Positions 48,822 to 54,174 of a stretch of 54,174 nucleotides of DNA are shown piece after piece; position 1 is the first letter of the stretch; every line of letters begins with the position of its first letter. The notes under the pieces are model-generated. The model saw only the letters and a program-made list of their open reading frames with translations. It did not search any database and was not told the DNA's origin. Source of the DNA: Catajapyx aquilonaris (taxonomy: Eukaryota). The stretch lies in NCBI GenBank assembly GCA_000934665.2, contig KZ538684.1, forward strand, positions 1 to 54,174, given 5' to 3'. The translations under genes were made by a program, and so were the position numbers.

Positions 48822-50458
48822 CACTAGCACTTATCAAGCTGCCATTAGGTGGCAATATTATGCAACATGTGGAGGCGTCATAAGTCAGAGAACCCTTTGA
48901 ACTGCCCTAGTAATGAATTGTCAAAGGTTGGTGGGACCAACGGCTGGCAGGGACGTTGTTATTTTTGCGATTGTATTATTTCTACTATTTGTTAGTGATA
49001 TGGATAGACTGGTATTAACAATTTTGACATAGGATTACATAGTTTTTAAATATAATTTTTAGCACAATTTTTAGTGCCATGTATTGCGTAAGTAAAAGGA
49101 AAAACCAGCACTTGGCCCTCTACTTTCTATGCACAGATGATCCACATGTTATGGTCCAAATGGAATCCCTGATTTATTTATTTATTTATTTATTTATTTA
49201 TTGCAAAAAGTGTGGAAAATGCATATTTTTGATATAGGCTACAGGTCAGCTCGGATTCACAAACTCTTGTGCATCGAATACATAATAACCCGACAAAACT
49301 TGGTCTGAGTCGGCTGGGGTAGGTGGAAATGTAAACTTTATGTTAAAAATTAATATTCTCTCAGAGTTCTGGGAGAAATATTGTAATGTTCGTATAGGTG
49401 ATGAAGCATAATTATGCATCCATACCCAGATCAATTACATATTCCATTTTCACTTGTTTTACTCTAAATCAATTAATTTTTTTGCCATTTTATGCTGGCA
49501 AGGGAAAAATTTGGTGGTGTGAGGATGTCAAATGTCAATCTCATGTGGCTTTAAGAAAATGATCCCTTCACTGCTGTCCCATGGTAATATCTGGTCAACT
49601 TTTGCAGAATTCTCAAAGTGGGCTAACCAAATTATCACAGTGAGAATGTTTTAGCACATTGTTTAGAGGAGTATATTGGATATAATATCATTGGACTGAG
49701 CACCACTGGATCATTGTGACAATCTTTATGCAAATTTTTGTAACATACCTACTTGATATTAAATGTGAATGTCGTTCTGCCATGGAAACCACTCAGTTGC
49801 ATAGGCAGAAGCAACATTGGGCTTATTAAGGATTCATAAAAAAAGTGTACTTCCAACAAAAAAGAATTCAGAAAGCATTTCCCCTTAATTTTTCTTACAA
49901 GAGTATGCACTGGTTTGCAATAAACCCTTAGAAGTTGTGCCTCTGCGTCACTTTCTTTTGCCCTTTTTGCAACCATTATGCAAGCTAATAAAACCAAACA
50001 GTACATGCATGACTTGGGTCCAGTGTGTCCAGTTGACCCACTGTAAGTCAATACAAATCAGACCTTTTGGTTGAGGAGCTAGTGGTCTTGTCTATGGAGA
50101 ATTTTGATGCAAATCTCCTCTTTGCACCACAGTTGTCATCCTTCAACATTTGGAAGGACGTATGTCCTATACAATGCATTTGTGCAATGTTTTCAAGTGT
50201 CCTTTCTGTGTTATTGACTCCAATTAAAACTCGTTATGAAAATCATTACCTTTTATTCTCAAGTCTCTCTTTTTATTCCTGCAATAGTTACTCTTCCTCC
50301 ATACAGGACTCGGCTGTGTCAAGAGGCACCATATGAAAGCAAAGAGTCGATACTTTGTCTCTCTTCTAAAGTTAGGACACTTGTTAGGGCTGGTTGAATG
50401 ATTGATGGCAAACCCAAAACAAGTAATTAATCTTATATTGTATTGCCTCTCATAAAGC

Positions 50459-50738
50459 GGCATGCCAGTATAAAACAAGGTCGACCAGCATGTCGGTATA
50501 ACCTGGGGATGGCCAGCATTCCGCAATAACCAAGGAAGATTTCCGTAATTTTGATCCCTGCCAAATTTTTTGGAATGATTCTGGTACCGTATTAAAATAA
50601 ATGTTAACAATGAAAATGGGCGAGTGTACAGGCTGTGAGGATATGCAAGTTCTGTTGCACAGTGCATATAAAATATGTAGATTGTGTGACCAATCTCATC
50701 GTCAGCCTGCTTTGACAGGAGAACCCCCTGCTCCAACA
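50459..50738 (+). repeat. Unclassified interspersed repeat, copy 2
   Basis: Homologous to 16079-16352. Confidence 0.8.
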
Positions 50739-50868
50739 TACTGTTTAAATAGAGATCATTGCCAGACGCTGCAATTGATAACTATGTGGTATGGGTACCC
50801 TATTAGGAAAATGTGCCTTTACGTGAATTTCGATTTTCAGGCAAATGTTAAGTTCGGAAAGGATAATG

Positions 50869-51720
50869 TACGAGGGCTAGGTGGAAAGTAAGTTTCGCGA
50901 TGCCATTCTTTCTGTACTTACTGCATAGCCATTCTGGACCTATGCTGTAGTAACAGAGTTACCATGGCAATGAGGTAACCATTCCATGTCTATTCCGCAG
51001 CCATTCTGCTGTCATTCTGCATCTACAGGTACAGTACTCCTCGTTTTACGACGGCTTTTATGCATTTTCACATTAACCTGTTTCAGAATCACCCTTGAAA
51101 AAATTTTTACTTTGAAATTTTAACAAATTTGAAAATAACAAAACAATCTACACACAAACACATCACTGCAGCACTTCTGAATCCAAACACACTTCAGTAT
51201 AGGCACTTTTTTAATTTTTCGTTGTGCATTGTAGCAGGGTTTATGGCTATTTACAGTACTGTATTGTTGGTCTCAACCCTTCCTGAAGTACTCTAACGAT
51301 TGTTACAATGCACTACATGTATAGTACGTGTATACTGCAGTTCTTGCCAAAGAAGGGAAAGGAACCCTCAGATGAACCTGATGACCATCAACCTGGAACC
51401 TCCCATTACATGTGTGCAATAAAATAATGTTTCAGATACTGATCATTAAAAACAGCAATATTAGTATGGTCTGTGGGAAAATTTTGACAATATTTGAACC
51501 TATCTCATCTATACATACATTATAATTGTGTTTTACACCTTTTCACTTTACACAACATGTTGCTGGAACCAATCCCTAGCATAAAACGAGGAGTGCTTGT
51601 ATTCTGTAGCTATTCCTTACCTATTTCCTACCATGTAAGCAGATAGATTTGCAGAGATGACAGATGGAGCATTGGCATTCCAGGATTCCACCCATGCGCA
51701 GAACAGATCCCCTAATAGAT
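50869..51720 (+). mobile_element. Mariner 5' remnant interrupted by a pogo-like MITE
   Basis: TA-CGAGGGCTAGGTGGAAAGTAAGTTTC mariner-type terminus; remainder heavily decayed. Confidence 0.5.
51030..51601. mobile_element. Tigger/pogo-like MITE
   Basis: TA-CAGTACTCCTCGTTTTA ... TAAAACGAGGAGTGCTTG-TA. Confidence 0.75.
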
Positions 51721-51721
51721 A

Positions 51722-52622
51722 TATAAGAGGCTGATAATTTTTGCCACTATGGACATAGAATGTGTAATACACGTCACAGGACAATGAGAGTGACATCGAA
51801 TGAAAGCCAGGAATCTCCTCTTCAAAACCATCACCTACAGCAGTACAGATGCTCCAATAATGTACCTGTTCTTCCTTCCCCTCGGCGTAGGACTGTGGGT
51901 TGTAGGAGCACCGAGAGCCAACAGCAGCCTCAACTCATGCATTGGAGCCGATTGGAGCTGTACCAATTGGCCTTCATAGGCATGTTCATTTTTTGATAAA
52001 GAAAGAAGTCGCAGGGCATACAAGATCTGGGCTGTATACACCAGATGAGGAAGAACAGGGAATTTGAGTGTCTGGAGGGCATCCGCAGTGTGATGGCTTG
52101 TGTGTGGCCGTGCATTATCTTGGTGATGAACGACATCATTTTCTATGAGCACCTTGTTCATTTGTGCCTGAAACCTCCACAGGGTGTCCACTTACATCTC
52201 AGAAGTCACAGTTTTGCGACAGGTCAGGCATTCGACATGCACCACACCTCCAGAGACTCAAATTCCCTGTTCTTCCTCACCTGTTGTATAGAGCCCAGAT
52301 CTTGTGTGCCCTACGACTTCTTTCTTTCTCAAAAAATGAGCACACCCATGAAGGGCAATTGGTACAGCTCCAATGCATAAGTTGAGGCTGCTGTTGGCTC
52401 ATGGTGCCGCTCCCACAACCCGGAGTCCTACGCTGACGGGAGGGAAGACTAGGTACATTGTTGGAGCATGTGTATTGCTGTAGGTGGTGATTATGAAGAA
52501 AAGTAAATGTATGGTTTTGAAGAGGACATTCCTGGCTTTCATTTGATGTCACTCTCATTGTCCTGTGACATGTATTACACATTATATAAACAGGGAGGCA
52601 AAAATTATCAGCATGCACTCGT
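51722..52622. mobile_element. Second mariner-derived fold-back element
   Basis: Arms about 51730-52077 and 52246-52612 are inverted copies; - strand HHQDNARPHT..LPH..Y...PCDFFL and + strand PYDFFL...CIAVGGDY are mariner catalytic/C-terminal motifs. Confidence 0.88.
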
Positions 52623-52887
52623 CCACCTAGCAGCGGAGCCCATTCTTCTCACAGCCTGTTTCCATGGTAATCAACAACAATCAATTTGACATCATGGCAC
52701 CATTGATAGTGTTGAATGTCATTGTTGCCATGAAGACCCATTGCCATGGACAAACAAAATTTTCCATATTACAGGGTTAGTGATTCCTGGTTCTGTTGAT
52801 AAAAGGCCTAAAATGTAATATCAGATACAGAGAGTTGTTATTTCCAGCTGGATTTTCACTTATTGCAACATTTTCATAGAAAGAGTT

Positions 52888-53649
52888 CATCCAGAAAAAT
52901 TTCAGGTGCTTGAACCCTTTTTGGCAAAGGCTTGATTCAATACTTTTTCTCTTTCCCGTGCCACCTCCTCTTCGAGTCTCTTCATCCTTAGCGTCGCATC
53001 CATGGGTGCGCCATCAGTTGCTGCTCTCCACTATTGGCAGAAGATTTCTCAGTGAGTCCAAGGAGCTCTTCTTCCATTTTCTTCAGTGTCATTTCCAATC
53101 CTGATGAAATCTGCAAACTTTCCTGGCCGTCACTGCATCCTCCTTGGGGCTCAGGTGAGAGGGAAATAGAAACAGAAAAGAGGAGTTGGGGTGCTCCTGA
53201 CTCTTTTGCAGGAAAACCATCCTTTGGGTCTACAGCAGCCTTGTTCATCTTCCCTCTCTCCTTGGGTTTGAGGTCCCCAAGCATTCTCAACTCTTACAAC
53301 TGGAGGGCAAAATAATTACATTTATAAATTATAAGAAAGCGCATAGGACATAATTATTTCAATAACACTTATTAAGCAGACTGCCTTCCATCACCACTGA
53401 GCAGACACTTTGTGATCAAGGTGCACCACCTTTTACGAGCACACTTGCCTTGCATATGTGACTGGACATTCCATGCATCATCCTGAAAACTGCTCTGGCT
53501 CTGGCGCAGGGATTATCATCCCCTAGCAGGGTGAATTCGAAGCGGTTCACAAGGTCTAGCTCTGCTCTCTTCTTCTCCTTTAACCCTGGAACCGTGCCGT
53601 GCCTGAACGTATTACGGCAACCGTGCCGTGGGGTCTTTTCGGATCCCAT
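52888..53649 (-). pseudogene. Unidentified spliced, decayed coding-like fragment
   Basis: Two purine-rich open stretches (53416-53649, 52888-53299) linked by possible GC donor AAG|GCAAGT and acceptor ttttgccctccAG; stop and frameshift present; no family recognised. Confidence 0.3.
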
Positions 53650-53654
53650 CCATA

Positions 53655-53718
53655 TTTTAATATTTATTATATTATATTATATTATATTATATTATATTTA
53701 TTATATTTATTATATTTA
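53655..53718. repeat. (TTATA)n-type AT-rich microsatellite
   Basis: Seen directly, just before the LINE 5' end. Confidence 0.9.
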
Positions 53719-54174
53719 TGGGTTCCATGGTTATGCCTGGGACCTGCTGCGAGTGCCTGACCTACATTCCAGTTATTTTCCTTTTTGGTCGAGAAGAGAT
53801 GATCGGGAGAACCGCAAGTCATACTAATTTAAGTTCAATTTCTCTCCTAGATTCTGGGAATGTTCGAAGTTTGGGGGTAGGTGGGGTGGGTAGTAAGAAA
53901 AGACCAAAAAACTCCGAGGTTCGACTTTCCATTGTTAATGTAAGAGGGATTCATAATAAGTGTGATATTGTTAGGAAAGCATTTGTTGATGCTCGTTTAG
54001 ATATAATGTGCTTGTCTGAGACCAAGAAGAAGGGGTGTTCAGTGGGTGATTTCAATGGGCTAACAGGTTTCTGGTCGGGTGTAGATGAAAGGGAGAGGGC
54101 TTGTGCAGGTGTTGGTATACTTATAAGTCCTAAGCTGGTGCACTGTGTGAAAGGATATAGTCAGGTTAGTGAGA
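53719..54174 (+). mobile_element. 5' end of RTE-like non-LTR retrotransposon; AP-endonuclease ORF from ATG 53799 open to the window end
   Basis: VRLSIVNVRGI...LDIMCLSETKKKG...FWSGVDERERACAGVGILISPKL...VSE carries the APE N-x-x-G and SET motifs plus the RTE-type WSG..GVG block; no stop codons. Confidence 0.9.

Overview
Eukaryotic (animal, most likely arthropod/hexapod) genomic DNA from a draft assembly with four N-gaps and an error-prone first ~3 kb. Recognisable genes: (1) the last two coding exons (MH2 domain) of an inhibitory Smad (Smad6/7, Dad type) on + at 6406-8801; (2) a decayed, intron-containing SPOP/roadkill-like MATH-BTB gene on - at 19543-21691, disrupted by stops and two MITEs; (3) an 11-exon MEIOC gene on + at about 23893-33656 (747 aa as modelled), head-to-head with the SPOP-like gene; (4) the 5' end of an RTE-like LINE whose endonuclease ORF runs off the right edge. 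The rest is intron/intergenic DNA dense in mobile elements: three tRNA-derived SINE families (one with a V-domain), two mariner-derived fold-back elements, hAT and Tigger transposase remnants, and many MITEs with readable TIRs/TSDs, often nested. The most interesting observation is the physical linkage of Dad and MEIOC (proposed orthologue of Drosophila bam), the two opposite outputs of BMP signalling in the fly germline stem-cell switch. That link is an inference. All homology calls come from motif recognition by eye, not database searches.
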